Shown: piece by piece, positions 29,001-37,344 of the stretch
How the letters are laid out: each line of letters begins with the position of its first letter
Numbering within the stretch: the stretch's first letter is position 1
Origin: an uncultured Aestuariivirga sp.
GTDB taxonomy: Bacteria; Pseudomonadota; Alphaproteobacteria; Rhizobiales; Aestuariivirgaceae
Direction: 5' to 3'
Length of the DNA stretch: 45,196 nt
NCBI GenBank assembly: GCA_964244855.1
Contig: CAXTLE010000001.1
Coordinates: 1 to 45,196 of the forward strand
Program-made: the position numbers and the translations under genes
The notes under the pieces: generated by a model
The model's input: the letters and a program-made list of their open reading frames with translations, nothing else
Told to the model about the DNA's origin: nothing
Database searches by the model: none

Positions 29001-32000
29001 CACACTGAATGGGAAGCGGCAGGCGCTTGCGCCGGACTTTCCGAAGCAGCACCTCTCACCTGCACGTTCACGCCGCAGAAATCCGGCAGCTATCGCGCCG
29101 TGGCTGCCATCAGGGACAGCAAGGGCACCCGCCACGCAACCACCCTTAGCACTTACGCCACAGGCAGCGATTATGTGATGTGGGACAATGGCAGCGACAG
29201 CAGCCTCGACATCATTCCGCAAAGCACCAGTTACAAAGTGGGGGACACGGCGCGCTACCTGGTGAAGAATCCCTACCCCGGCGCAAAGGCATTGATCACC
29301 ATTGAGCGATTTGGTGTGCTTGATCATTTCGTGCAAACGCTCGACAGCTCAACGCCTATCGTGGAATTCAAGGTGAAGCCGGATTATGTACCGGGCTTCT
29401 ATCTCTCGGTGGTCATTGTCTCGCCGCGCGTGGAGCAGCCCTTGGGCGAAGGTCAACTTGACCTTGGCAAGCCCACTTTCCGCATGGGCTATGTGACCGT
29501 GCCCGTGAGCGATCCGGTGAAGGAAATCGTCGTCACGGGCAAGTCCGACAAGGATGTCTACAAGCCGCGCGACAAGGTGACTGTCACGTTGCATGCCGAG
29601 CCGCGTTTCAAAGACAAAGACGAACCAATTGAATTGACGGTTGTCGCCCTGGACGAGTCAGTGTTGGCGCTCGTTACGGGCGGCACCACTTATTTCGACC
29701 CCTATCAGGGCTTTTACAAACTCGACAGTTTGGATCTGCGGAACTACAGCCTGTTGACCAGACTTGTGGGACGGCAGCGCTTTGAAAAGAAAGGTGCCAA
29801 TCCCGGCGGCGACGGCGGCGTTGATGTCAGCATGCGCACGATTTTCAAATTCGTGGGCTACTGGAATCCCGGCCTCAAAACCGACAAGGATGGCAACGCC
29901 ACGTTCACGTTTGAAGCGCCCGACAATCTCACGGGCTGGCGCATATTGGCCATTGCCTCCACACCAACGGATCGCTTCGGATTGGGCGGCACTTCGTTCA
30001 AAGTGAACCGGCCAACCGAAATCCGCCCCGTCATGCCCAATCAGGTAACCGAAGGCGATACTTTCGACGCCGGGTTCAGCGTCATGAACCGCACGGAAAC
30101 ACCGCGCACAATTGAAGTGAACATCAAAGCTGTGGGCAATATCGACATTGCAAAGACGCCTGCTGAAATGACCACAACAGTGCAGCTTGATGCTTACAAG
30201 CGCACCACTGTCTATATGCCGATTGCGGCAGCACCTGCGGCCCAGAACAAACTGGGTGGCGGGCAAGTGCAGTTTGAAGTGACGGCAGGCGATGCCAGTG
30301 ATCACGATGGGCTAGTGTTTGCACTGCCTGTCAACAAGCGTCAGGGCCTTGATGTGGCGGCAACCTATGGTACGTCAACGGATGCTTCAGTTGAAACGTC
30401 CATTGCCTTCCCCAAGGACATGTTGCCGGATACGGGCAGCGTCTCTGTGGTGGTTGCACCAACCGTCATCGGCAATGTGTCCGGTGCGTTTAAATATATG
30501 GAGTTCTATCCCTACCTGTGTTGGGAACAGCGCCTGAGCAAGGCGGTGATGGCCGCCCATTTCAAGGAGCTGAAGCCATACCTGCCTGCAAAACAAAAAT
30601 GGGAGGGCAGCGAAGCCTTGCCACAAGCCACACTTGATGCCGCGTCGAGCTTCCAGGCCCCCAATGGTGGCATGGCCTATTTCCGCGCGCAGGATGATTA
30701 TGCTGATCCATATCTCAGCGCCTACACAGCGTTGTCCTTCAACTGGATGCGCAAGAGCGGTTACAAAGTGCCAGAAGATGTGGAGGCGAAGTTGCAGGAT
30801 TATCTCCTGACGCTTCTCAAAAACGATGCCGTGCCGAGCTTCTACACGCAGACCATGACCTCAACTGTGCGGGCCGTGGCACTGGCGGCTTTGGCGGATC
30901 AGGGCAAGGTCGGGCTTGAAGATCTGGAACGCTATGCACCGCACGCCAAGGACATGTCACTGTTCGGCAAGGCGCACTTCCTGCTGGCCGCGATGAAGAT
31001 CGAAGGCGGCGAAAAATATGCACCTGATGTAGCGAAGATGATTCTCGCGACGTCGAACCAGACAGGCGGAAAGTTTGTGTTCCAGGAGGTCTGGGATGAC
31101 AGCTACAACCGCATTCTCGCGTCGCCCTTGCGTGAGAACTGCGCCGTGCTGGATGCCTTCGTGGCTTATGGCAAGAGTGCGACGGGTAAGCCTCTGGTCG
31201 GCGATGTGCCGTTCAAGCTGGTGCGCTCCATCACGCAAAGCCGGAAAAACCGCGATGCCTGGCCCAACACGCAGGAGAATTTATTCTGCGGCAATGCACT
31301 GATTGATTTTGCACGTGTGTATGAAGCCGACAAGGTGGATATGACCGTGAAGGCCGTGATGGATGGCAAAGCCATTGGCAGTGCGAAGTTCTCAGGGCTG
31401 CGCAATCCATCGGTCACATTGTCACGGCCCAACAAGGACGGCGATGCCGGTCGAAAGACCAGCGTGAAAATTTCACGTCAGGGCACAGGCCGCTTCTATT
31501 ACGCAACACGGCTCACCTATGCCCTGCCGCTGGAACAGAGCCAACCCGCCAATGCCGGCATTGAAGTGAACCGCGAATATAGCGTTGAACGTGATGGCAA
31601 GTGGCAATTGCTGGGAAGTCCAGCCGCCATCAAACGCGGTGAATTGGTACGCGTCGACCTCTTCCTGTCGGTGCCTGCTGCGCGCAATTTCGTGGTGGTG
31701 GATGATCCGGTTCCCGGTGGACTTGAACCGGTGAACCGCGATCTTGCGACAACCTCGGAAGTCGATGCAAGGAAGGCAGAATTTGTGGCGTCGGCCGGAT
31801 CGATCTGGTTCAAGTACAATGACTGGATTGATTTCGACACCAGCCGCTGGAGTTTTTATCATCAGGAATTGCGCCATGATGCAGCGCGGTTTTATTCCGA
31901 CTATCTGCCGCCAGGAAATTATCATCTCTCCTATGCAGCACAGGCCATTGCCAGCGGTTCATTCAGCGCCCTGCCCACCATGGCGCAGGAAATGTATGAC

Positions 32001-32078
32001 CCCGATGTCTATGGCAAAACCCCGGGCCTGACCTTGAATGTGGGGGCAGCAGCGCCGTTGCCCGCAGCGCAGCCGTAA
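26061..32078 (+). CDS. Bacterial alpha-2-macroglobulin (YfhM-like)
   Basis: 2005 aa. GIYRAGD, bait-region GGDGG, FEAPDNLTGWR, thioester motif YPYLCWEQ (30519-30530), DDPVPGGLEPVN, AQEMYDPDVYG. Followed by pbpC. Confidence 0.95.
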   Translation: MNLRLPALKFIALVFSALALTAADVAAQENQANLHILRITPEGDDVPAEKQIVITFDRDVVPIGRMERSAAEIPVTVSPALKCDWRWINTSALACNLPDAAPLQQATRYTLDIVPGIKAENGATLAETYHHTFLTERPAIYDYGFNQWRSPSLPVLRLVFNQSVTSQSVADHIYFSVADQAGSRIVAKVSPDPEDRVLPDVLPLPGGSGGAVVVGEQPAQKSDDKLQTKNGVEARRIWLVEPPSELALDASIILKQEPGLISASGPEASATVSDVVQFNTFPAFEFLGVKCTDNAGNDVKFAAGAATTGLCNPMQPAYLSFSAPVEREALGDSLVFNPPINGWKQVASADEEESDSESTPASGQIGIQYTQAHEAGRTYDIYLPSPLKAATTYSISSGTVPAKDIFGRSLTKPIAQSFALDHRKPNFVLDYSDAVLEKNVDSEIPLYVNNLQNFTFDYRRLTPKGSDEGHSVSTTVPVAQDIQFAMPLGVRAMLDGGTGAVYGALKTTPGVNPENPPHLFAQVTPFQVHLKLGHFNTLAWVTDMTTGAPVAGAKVSLFKDTMATIHASTDVTSVSVTDASGLATLPGTDALDPDLSLTTAYGDDKTRYFLRVDKDGDMALLPVSQSFTIDNYRSSGSESVYPTNRERYGHMRSWGTTAQGIYRAGDKIQYKIYVRDQSTDAFIPPPTKGYRLKVIDPMGKVVHDVDNVELSAFGGTSGEFTVPKEGAVGWYKFKLIAKFAKATPYDPAEEEEVPDEATDESSTEPAPADDSVGKKSWIAMRVLVSDFTPSPFKVSNQLNGDLFRSGDEVEVTTHAELFSGGAYTDAAARITAILDAATFSSTDPVVKDFSFDSYSDETTTQQIFQKIDAVNNKGELALNFTTGTPAIVYGKLLVESAVADDRGKYVTSQAHADFLGVDRLVGLYSKDWLLTVGKPADIQYVVVDERGKPIAGTAVAVKLEHEVTKSARVKGAGNAYLTEYHTEWEAAGACAGLSEAAPLTCTFTPQKSGSYRAVAAIRDSKGTRHATTLSTYATGSDYVMWDNGSDSSLDIIPQSTSYKVGDTARYLVKNPYPGAKALITIERFGVLDHFVQTLDSSTPIVEFKVKPDYVPGFYLSVVIVSPRVEQPLGEGQLDLGKPTFRMGYVTVPVSDPVKEIVVTGKSDKDVYKPRDKVTVTLHAEPRFKDKDEPIELTVVALDESVLALVTGGTTYFDPYQGFYKLDSLDLRNYSLLTRLVGRQRFEKKGANPGGDGGVDVSMRTIFKFVGYWNPGLKTDKDGNATFTFEAPDNLTGWRILAIASTPTDRFGLGGTSFKVNRPTEIRPVMPNQVTEGDTFDAGFSVMNRTETPRTIEVNIKAVGNIDIAKTPAEMTTTVQLDAYKRTTVYMPIAAAPAAQNKLGGGQVQFEVTAGDASDHDGLVFALPVNKRQGLDVAATYGTSTDASVETSIAFPKDMLPDTGSVSVVVAPTVIGNVSGAFKYMEFYPYLCWEQRLSKAVMAAHFKELKPYLPAKQKWEGSEALPQATLDAASSFQAPNGGMAYFRAQDDYADPYLSAYTALSFNWMRKSGYKVPEDVEAKLQDYLLTLLKNDAVPSFYTQTMTSTVRAVALAALADQGKVGLEDLERYAPHAKDMSLFGKAHFLLAAMKIEGGEKYAPDVAKMILATSNQTGGKFVFQEVWDDSYNRILASPLRENCAVLDAFVAYGKSATGKPLVGDVPFKLVRSITQSRKNRDAWPNTQENLFCGNALIDFARVYEADKVDMTVKAVMDGKAIGSAKFSGLRNPSVTLSRPNKDGDAGRKTSVKISRQGTGRFYYATRLTYALPLEQSQPANAGIEVNREYSVERDGKWQLLGSPAAIKRGELVRVDLFLSVPAARNFVVVDDPVPGGLEPVNRDLATTSEVDARKAEFVASAGSIWFKYNDWIDFDTSRWSFYHQELRHDAARFYSDYLPPGNYHLSYAAQAIASGSFSALPTMAQEMYDPDVYGKTPGLTLNVGAAAPLPAAQP

Positions 32079-32079
32079 C

Positions 32080-34251
32080 ATGAAGCGCCCGCGCGTCACC
32101 TTGAAACGGTTGGCTGTGGGGGCGGGCCTTGGCCTTGTTGCACTTGCCTTTGCAACAGTGCAAGCCGTGGAAACACCGCATCTCAGCCTGAGCGGCGGCG
32201 GGCGCTTTGCTGTCGTGGACAGGCAAGGTCAGCCCCTCGGTGTGTCCTATCAGAACCGCTTCAACGTGTCGGATGCAAGAGCCCTGCATGACGTGCCGGA
32301 GATTTTGCGCCATGCCATTGTGACGGCCGAAGACCGCAGGTTCTTTGCGCATAGTGGTGTGGATTGGCAGGCACGTGGAAGTGCCGTCTGGCAGAATCTG
32401 CGCGGGCTGCGCTTCGTGCGCGGTGCCAGCACCATCACCGAACAGGTGGTGCGCATTCTGCATCCGCGTCCGCGCAATGTGTGGTCACGCTGGGTTGAAG
32501 GCTTTGAGGCGCGTCTGCTTGAGCAACACGCCAGCAAGGGCGAAATTCTTGAATTCTATCTGAACCAGGTTCCCTATGCGGCCAATCGCCGGGGCGTGGC
32601 GCAGGCGGCGCGCTATTACTTCAACCGCGATTTGCAGACACTCACGAAAAAAGAAATGCTGGCGCTGGCGATTTTTCCGCGCGCACCTTCAGCGCTTGAT
32701 CCACGCAAGAAGCCAGAGGCGATCAACGCACGGGTTCAATATCTGGCAGAGGCCATGGAAGCGCGTGGCGAATTGCCTGGAGGTGAAGCGGTGCGTCTGC
32801 AATCACAGCCCATCAGTGTGGAAGATGCGTCGCCACTTTTGAACGCCGGGCATTTCATCAGCTATATTCGCGAGACGATTCCCTATCGCTTGAGCGAACA
32901 TGGCACACTGCAAACATCATTGGATGGCGCGTTGCAACAACAGGTGCAAACCCTGCTCGATGAACGGGTAAAAACCCTGAAGCGCAAGAATGTTCATAAT
33001 GGTGCGGCGCTTGTGGTCGATCATCGCAGCGGTGAAATCCTTGCCTGGGTTGTGGCGGGTGCGGCAGCCAAGGTTCAAACCCCCGGCAGCGCTATCGACG
33101 CTGTGCGCACACCGCGCCAGCCCGGTTCTTCCATGAAGCCGTTTCTTTATGCACTCGCCCTCGAGCAGGGCTGGTCGCCCGCCACGGAGCTGGATGACGC
33201 GCCGATGGCCGAAGCCATTGGCACCGGATTGCACGACTTCAACAATTACAGCCACACCTTCTACGGCAAGATTGCGTTGCGCGAAGCCTTGGGCAATTCC
33301 CTCAATATTCCGGCCCTCGAAACCATCGCCTTCGTAACACCCGAACGTTATCTCGACACGCTGCATGAGCTGGGGTTTTCGAGCCTGACGCAGCCTGCCC
33401 AATTTTATAAGGACGGGCTGGCATTGGGCAATGGCGAAGTCTCGCTATTGGAAATGGTGCGAGGCTTCAGTGTACTTGCAAACCATGGCCAGCTGCGCCC
33501 GCTGACGCCACTTTCACAAGCGTCCTATGACCGCGAAAGCAAACTGGTCATCTCAGGCGAAGCCGCATCGCTCATCGGCAACATCCTCTCCGATCCCTTT
33601 GCCCGCAGGCGCGAATTTGGTGCAGGCAGTGTGCTTAACCTGCCCACCCAAACAGCAGTGAAAACCGGAACCTCCACCGACTACCGCGACGCCTGGGTGC
33701 TGGGCTATGACGCGCATTACACGGTGGGCGTCTGGCTCGGCAATCTCGACCAGATGCCTATGGATGGCGTGACGGGCTCCACCGGACCAGCACTGGTCCT
33801 TCGCAGCATCTTTGCGGAACTGGAAGGCAGGCAACAGCCGCAACCCCTGTGGCTCAGTCCGCGCCTGCAACTCCGTGACGTTTGCAGTGGGCCTGAAGAG
33901 ACCGGAAATTGTTATCCGCACACGGAGTATTTCATGCCGGACTCTGTGACTCCAAAACCAGTGCAACCCGCAAAGCAAGCCGTACTGGATGTGATCCGCC
34001 CAAGCGAAGGCTTGCAACTCGCCTATGATCCCCGCGTACCCAGGAATTTACAGGCCTTTGAATTTGTGGCCAGTGGCCTGTCAACAGGAAATAAAATTGA
34101 ATGGGTGTTGAACGGCAAGCAACTCAACACCACTACAACCGGCCGATACCTGTGGCCAGTCGAGCGCGGCTCTTATACTTTGCTGGCACAAGAACTTGGC
34201 CAAACCGGAAACATCATGTCTGCCAAGACGGTGCATTTTAACGTCAAATAA
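32080..34251 (+). CDS. pbpC: Penicillin-binding protein 1C
   Basis: N-terminal membrane anchor. Transglycosylase motifs EDRRFFAHSGVD and GASTITEQ. Transpeptidase motifs SSMK, SLN and KTG. Starts 1 bp after the macroglobulin stop. Confidence 0.92.
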   Translation: MKRPRVTLKRLAVGAGLGLVALAFATVQAVETPHLSLSGGGRFAVVDRQGQPLGVSYQNRFNVSDARALHDVPEILRHAIVTAEDRRFFAHSGVDWQARGSAVWQNLRGLRFVRGASTITEQVVRILHPRPRNVWSRWVEGFEARLLEQHASKGEILEFYLNQVPYAANRRGVAQAARYYFNRDLQTLTKKEMLALAIFPRAPSALDPRKKPEAINARVQYLAEAMEARGELPGGEAVRLQSQPISVEDASPLLNAGHFISYIRETIPYRLSEHGTLQTSLDGALQQQVQTLLDERVKTLKRKNVHNGAALVVDHRSGEILAWVVAGAAAKVQTPGSAIDAVRTPRQPGSSMKPFLYALALEQGWSPATELDDAPMAEAIGTGLHDFNNYSHTFYGKIALREALGNSLNIPALETIAFVTPERYLDTLHELGFSSLTQPAQFYKDGLALGNGEVSLLEMVRGFSVLANHGQLRPLTPLSQASYDRESKLVISGEAASLIGNILSDPFARRREFGAGSVLNLPTQTAVKTGTSTDYRDAWVLGYDAHYTVGVWLGNLDQMPMDGVTGSTGPALVLRSIFAELEGRQQPQPLWLSPRLQLRDVCSGPEETGNCYPHTEYFMPDSVTPKPVQPAKQAVLDVIRPSEGLQLAYDPRVPRNLQAFEFVASGLSTGNKIEWVLNGKQLNTTTTGRYLWPVERGSYTLLAQELGQTGNIMSAKTVHFNVK

Positions 34252-34276
34252 TTGGGGTCGCCGTTGGCAATGCCGC

Positions 34277-34792
34277 TCAAATGGCATGCGCGTCGCCGAA
34301 CAGGTTGCGGTGCACATTGACCAGGTGCGTCTTCATCTTTTCTGAAGCAAGTTCAGGGTTCCTTGCGTACAATGCCTGCACAATTGCTTCATGATCTTCG
34401 CAATATCCACGCCGTCGCGCTTCGCTATAGCGGCGGCGTTTCATTTCAATCCAGGCAGACTGGTTGCGAATGACGCGTAAAATGTCGTGGAGGCTGAGCA
34501 GCAGTTCATTTCGTGTCGCTGCAAATATGCGCACGTGAAACTCAGCGTCGAGTTTTTCAAAGCTGGCAGGATCGGTCTCGCGAGTTGCGTCAACATGCGC
34601 CTCGCGGATGTGGGCAAGGTCAGCAGTCGTCGCGTTGACAGCAGCTGCGGCCGCAGCGTGCGGTTCCACCATGAGGCGTGCTGCCATCACATCAACCGGG
34701 CTTGTGCCTGATATGCGCTGCAACAGGCCAAGCATTTCGTCAGTCTCGGCCTGTTTGAGATCAAGTTTCCCTGATGTGGTTTTCATTTTCAT
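34277..34792 (-). CDS. Stand-alone FCD (GntR C-terminal ligand-binding) domain protein without HTH
   Basis: ARLMVEP, DAEFH, TRNELL, H...I..AL..RN, M..HL. Aligns without gaps to the C-terminal ~150 aa of the adjacent GntR protein. Confidence 0.8.
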   Translation of the reverse strand: MKMKTTSGKLDLKQAETDEMLGLLQRISGTSPVDVMAARLMVEPHAAAAAAVNATTADLAHIREAHVDATRETDPASFEKLDAEFHVRIFAATRNELLLSLHDILRVIRNQSAWIEMKRRRYSEARRRGYCEDHEAIVQALYARNPELASEKMKTHLVNVHRNLFGDAHAI

Positions 34793-34801
34793 TGGCTGTG
34801 C

Positions 34802-35473
34802 TCATTCACCAAAGTAGTTCCGTCGCCGTGCAGAGAGGTGATTGCGCATGGCCTCACTGGCTGCTGCTGCATTGCGAGATTTCAGGGCTCGCATGATCTG
34901 CGCATGTTGCCCGCAATATTCAAGACGTCGGTCTTCAGTGAAAGCGCGTTGCCGGATCGCCATCATGGGACTGCGGAACCGCACGACAACGAGAAGTCTG
35001 AAAAAATCAATCAGGAATTCATTATGTGTCGATTGGTAAATTCTCGCATGAAACTCATTGTCCCACTTTTCAAATGATTCAAGCTGAGATGATACATCGG
35101 CATGGCTGTTGGCCTCCTCAATGGCCGCGATGTCACGAGAGGTTGCGTGAATGGCAGCCGATGCCGCAACTTGTGGCTCAATGATGAGACGCAGGTTCAA
35201 AATATCGAGAGGGCTCGCACCGGAAATGCGTTCCAGTACACGACGCAACTCATCGCTGGTGCGCTGCTTGACGATGGTGCCCCGGCCCACTTCACGGCTG
35301 ATCAGGTCTTCGTTTTCGAGTATGTGCAAGGCGCCGCGAACCGTGTTTCGAGCCACGCCAAATTCCTCAGCGAACACGCGTTCTGTCGGCAAGGTCTCGC
35401 CCGTGCGCCACACACCTTCTTCGATGCGCTCGCGCAGAATTATACAGATGTCAGCGGCTTTGACGCGGGCCAT
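34802..35473 (-). CDS. FadR-subfamily GntR transcriptional regulator
   Basis: wHTH LPTERVFAEEFGVARNTVRGAL..L...G.GT plus an FCD domain. Confidence 0.92.
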   Translation of the reverse strand: MARVKAADICIILRERIEEGVWRTGETLPTERVFAEEFGVARNTVRGALHILENEDLISREVGRGTIVKQRTSDELRRVLERISGASPLDILNLRLIIEPQVAASAAIHATSRDIAAIEEANSHADVSSQLESFEKWDNEFHARIYQSTHNEFLIDFFRLLVVVRFRSPMMAIRQRAFTEDRRLEYCGQHAQIMRALKSRNAAAASEAMRNHLSARRRNYFGE

Positions 35474-35497
35474 ACGAACGTACCAGATGAATAATAG

Positions 35498-35522
35498 CTA
35501 TACCAATATCACAATTGGTTCA
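35498..35522. promoter_or_regulatory. Candidate GntR operator box 1 (ACCAAT-N6-ATTGGT)
   Basis: CTATACCAATatcacaATTGGTTCA is an inverted copy of box 2 and lies 24 bp upstream of the gntR start. Confidence 0.65.
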
Positions 35523-35602
35523 GAAAAGAAGCCATTTTTGACCGAAATATTGAAAGCTGCGGGCTTGCCGACGGGGTTTAAGCTGTGCAATGATACACAT
35601 AA

Positions 35603-35627
35603 TGAACCAATGAAACAATTGGTATAG
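35603..35627. promoter_or_regulatory. Candidate GntR operator box 2 (ACCAAT-N6-ATTGGT)
   Basis: TGAACCAATgaaacaATTGGTATAG lies immediately upstream of the RBS of the FAH gene. It matches the reverse complement of box 1 at 19/25 positions. Confidence 0.65.
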
Positions 35628-35641
35628 TTTGGGAGGGCTGC

Positions 35642-36514
35642 GTGAAAGTTGCCACGTTTCATATTGGTGGGGAGCGCCGCGTCGGCATTGTTGACGAGAA
35701 GCGGCAATCTATCGCGCCTTTTGACTTCACGGTCGAGGAAGCGCGGGGCGGACTTCTGGCGCTGATTGCACTGGAGAAAAATCCTGCAACGCTGAATCCG
35801 ATACCGTTGCGCGAAGTGACGCTCGAAGCCCCCATTCCTCTCCCACGTCGCAATATATTTTGTGTGGGCAAGAACTATCACGAGCACGCCAAGGAATTTG
35901 CGTCGAGCGGTTTTGACTCGAGTGCGGCGCAGGGCACTATTCCACAGCACCCCATCATATTTTCGAAAGTGCCGGAGTGTGTGGTGGCCCATCGTGCGCC
36001 AGTCTACGTCTACAAGAACATTTCATCGGCCATCGATTATGAAGCTGAACTTGCTGTCATCATCGGCAAGGGCGGTCGTGGCATTTCCAAAAACAAGGCA
36101 ATGGACCATGTCTGGGGCTACACCATCATCAATGATGTGACGGCGCGTGATCTTCAGGGAAAGCACAGCCAGTGGCTGATCGGGAAGTCACAGGACACCT
36201 TCGGCCCCATGGGCCCTTGGGCTGTGACACGTGACGGGATTGATCTCGCCAACACCCATGTGCGCTGCTGGATCAATGATGAACTCAGGCAGAACTCAAA
36301 CACGGCGTCGCTGATATTTGATGTGCCAACTTTGATTGCCACATTGTCAGAGGGCATTACACTGATGCCCGGTGATATCATTGCAACAGGAACGCCAGCC
36401 GGTGTAGGTATCGGCTTCAAGCCGCCGAAATATCTGGTGCATGGCGATGTGATGAAAGTTGAAATCACTGGCATCGGCATTCTCGAAAACCAGGTGCAGG
36501 AGAAAGCGGCTTGA
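35642..36514 (+). CDS. Fumarylacetoacetate hydrolase family protein
   Basis: CVGKNY, DYEAEL, INDVTARD, GKSQDTFGPMGP, GDIIATGTPAGVG. GTG start with RBS GGGAGG. Confidence 0.92.
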   Translation: MKVATFHIGGERRVGIVDEKRQSIAPFDFTVEEARGGLLALIALEKNPATLNPIPLREVTLEAPIPLPRRNIFCVGKNYHEHAKEFASSGFDSSAAQGTIPQHPIIFSKVPECVVAHRAPVYVYKNISSAIDYEAELAVIIGKGGRGISKNKAMDHVWGYTIINDVTARDLQGKHSQWLIGKSQDTFGPMGPWAVTRDGIDLANTHVRCWINDELRQNSNTASLIFDVPTLIATLSEGITLMPGDIIATGTPAGVGIGFKPPKYLVHGDVMKVEITGIGILENQVQEKAA

Positions 36515-37290
36515 CCACTGTTGCCACCTCAATGCTGAAAGCTGAAGTGGACGGGGAAGGTTTTCCCGTTACTTTCGTGCATGGCTTGGGTGGCACGTCA
36601 AACAGTTTTCAAATGCTGATGGGCGGACTGAATGGCTTTCGCAGCATACGGGTAGATTTACCGGGCTCTGGCCGTTCCCGCGCACCGCACGAGAAACTTG
36701 ATATAGAATATATGGCACGTGCTGTAATTGATGCCGCGCAAAGCCTGGGAGCATGCCCCGGTTTTCTGGTGGGGCATTCGATGGGAACGATTGTCTGTCA
36801 ACACGTCGCAGTGATAGCACCCGAAGCGGTATCAGGCTTGGTTCTTTTTGCGCCGATACTTGAGCCGGGTGACACCGCGCGGCAACGCATTCGTGATCGT
36901 GCGCAAACCGCGCGTTCACGCGGCATGTGCACGGTGGCCGATGCGGTTGTGGTGGCTGGGTTGTCATCACATACAAAATCACAACACCCGCTGGCCGCGG
37001 CCTTTGTGCGTGAAAGTCACATGCGGCAGGATTCAGAAAGTTTTGCGCTGAGTTGCGAGGCGCTGGCTTCGGCTGAAGCGGCGGACCTGCGCATGATCCG
37101 CTGCCCCGTGTTGATGATCACCGGTGATGAAGATGCCGTGGCGCCGCCAGCATCGGTTCACGCCATGGCAGAGAAAATGAAACACGCCACCGTCAAGGTG
37201 CTTGACCGCTGTGGTCACTGGACGATGATTGAAAAACCGAATGAATGTTCAAAACTGCTCTCGGAATTCCTGAGGGTAACACAACACTGA
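36511..37290 (+). CDS. Alpha/beta-fold hydrolase (PcaD/enol-lactone hydrolase-like)
   Basis: HGLGG, nucleophile elbow GHSMG, acid in GDEDAVAP, His in CGHW. TTG start overlaps the previous stop. Confidence 0.88.
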   Translation: MTTVATSMLKAEVDGEGFPVTFVHGLGGTSNSFQMLMGGLNGFRSIRVDLPGSGRSRAPHEKLDIEYMARAVIDAAQSLGACPGFLVGHSMGTIVCQHVAVIAPEAVSGLVLFAPILEPGDTARQRIRDRAQTARSRGMCTVADAVVVAGLSSHTKSQHPLAAAFVRESHMRQDSESFALSCEALASAEAADLRMIRCPVLMITGDEDAVAPPASVHAMAEKMKHATVKVLDRCGHWTMIEKPNECSKLLSEFLRVTQH

Positions 37291-37344
37291 AAACAATATC
37301 CGGCAAAAAATAAAAAATCACCGGGCGACGATGGGAGACGAAAA

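Noticed and set aside
26061-34251. Macroglobulin-pbpC pairing as a new system
   Set aside because: It is a well-established gene pair (yfhM-pbpC).
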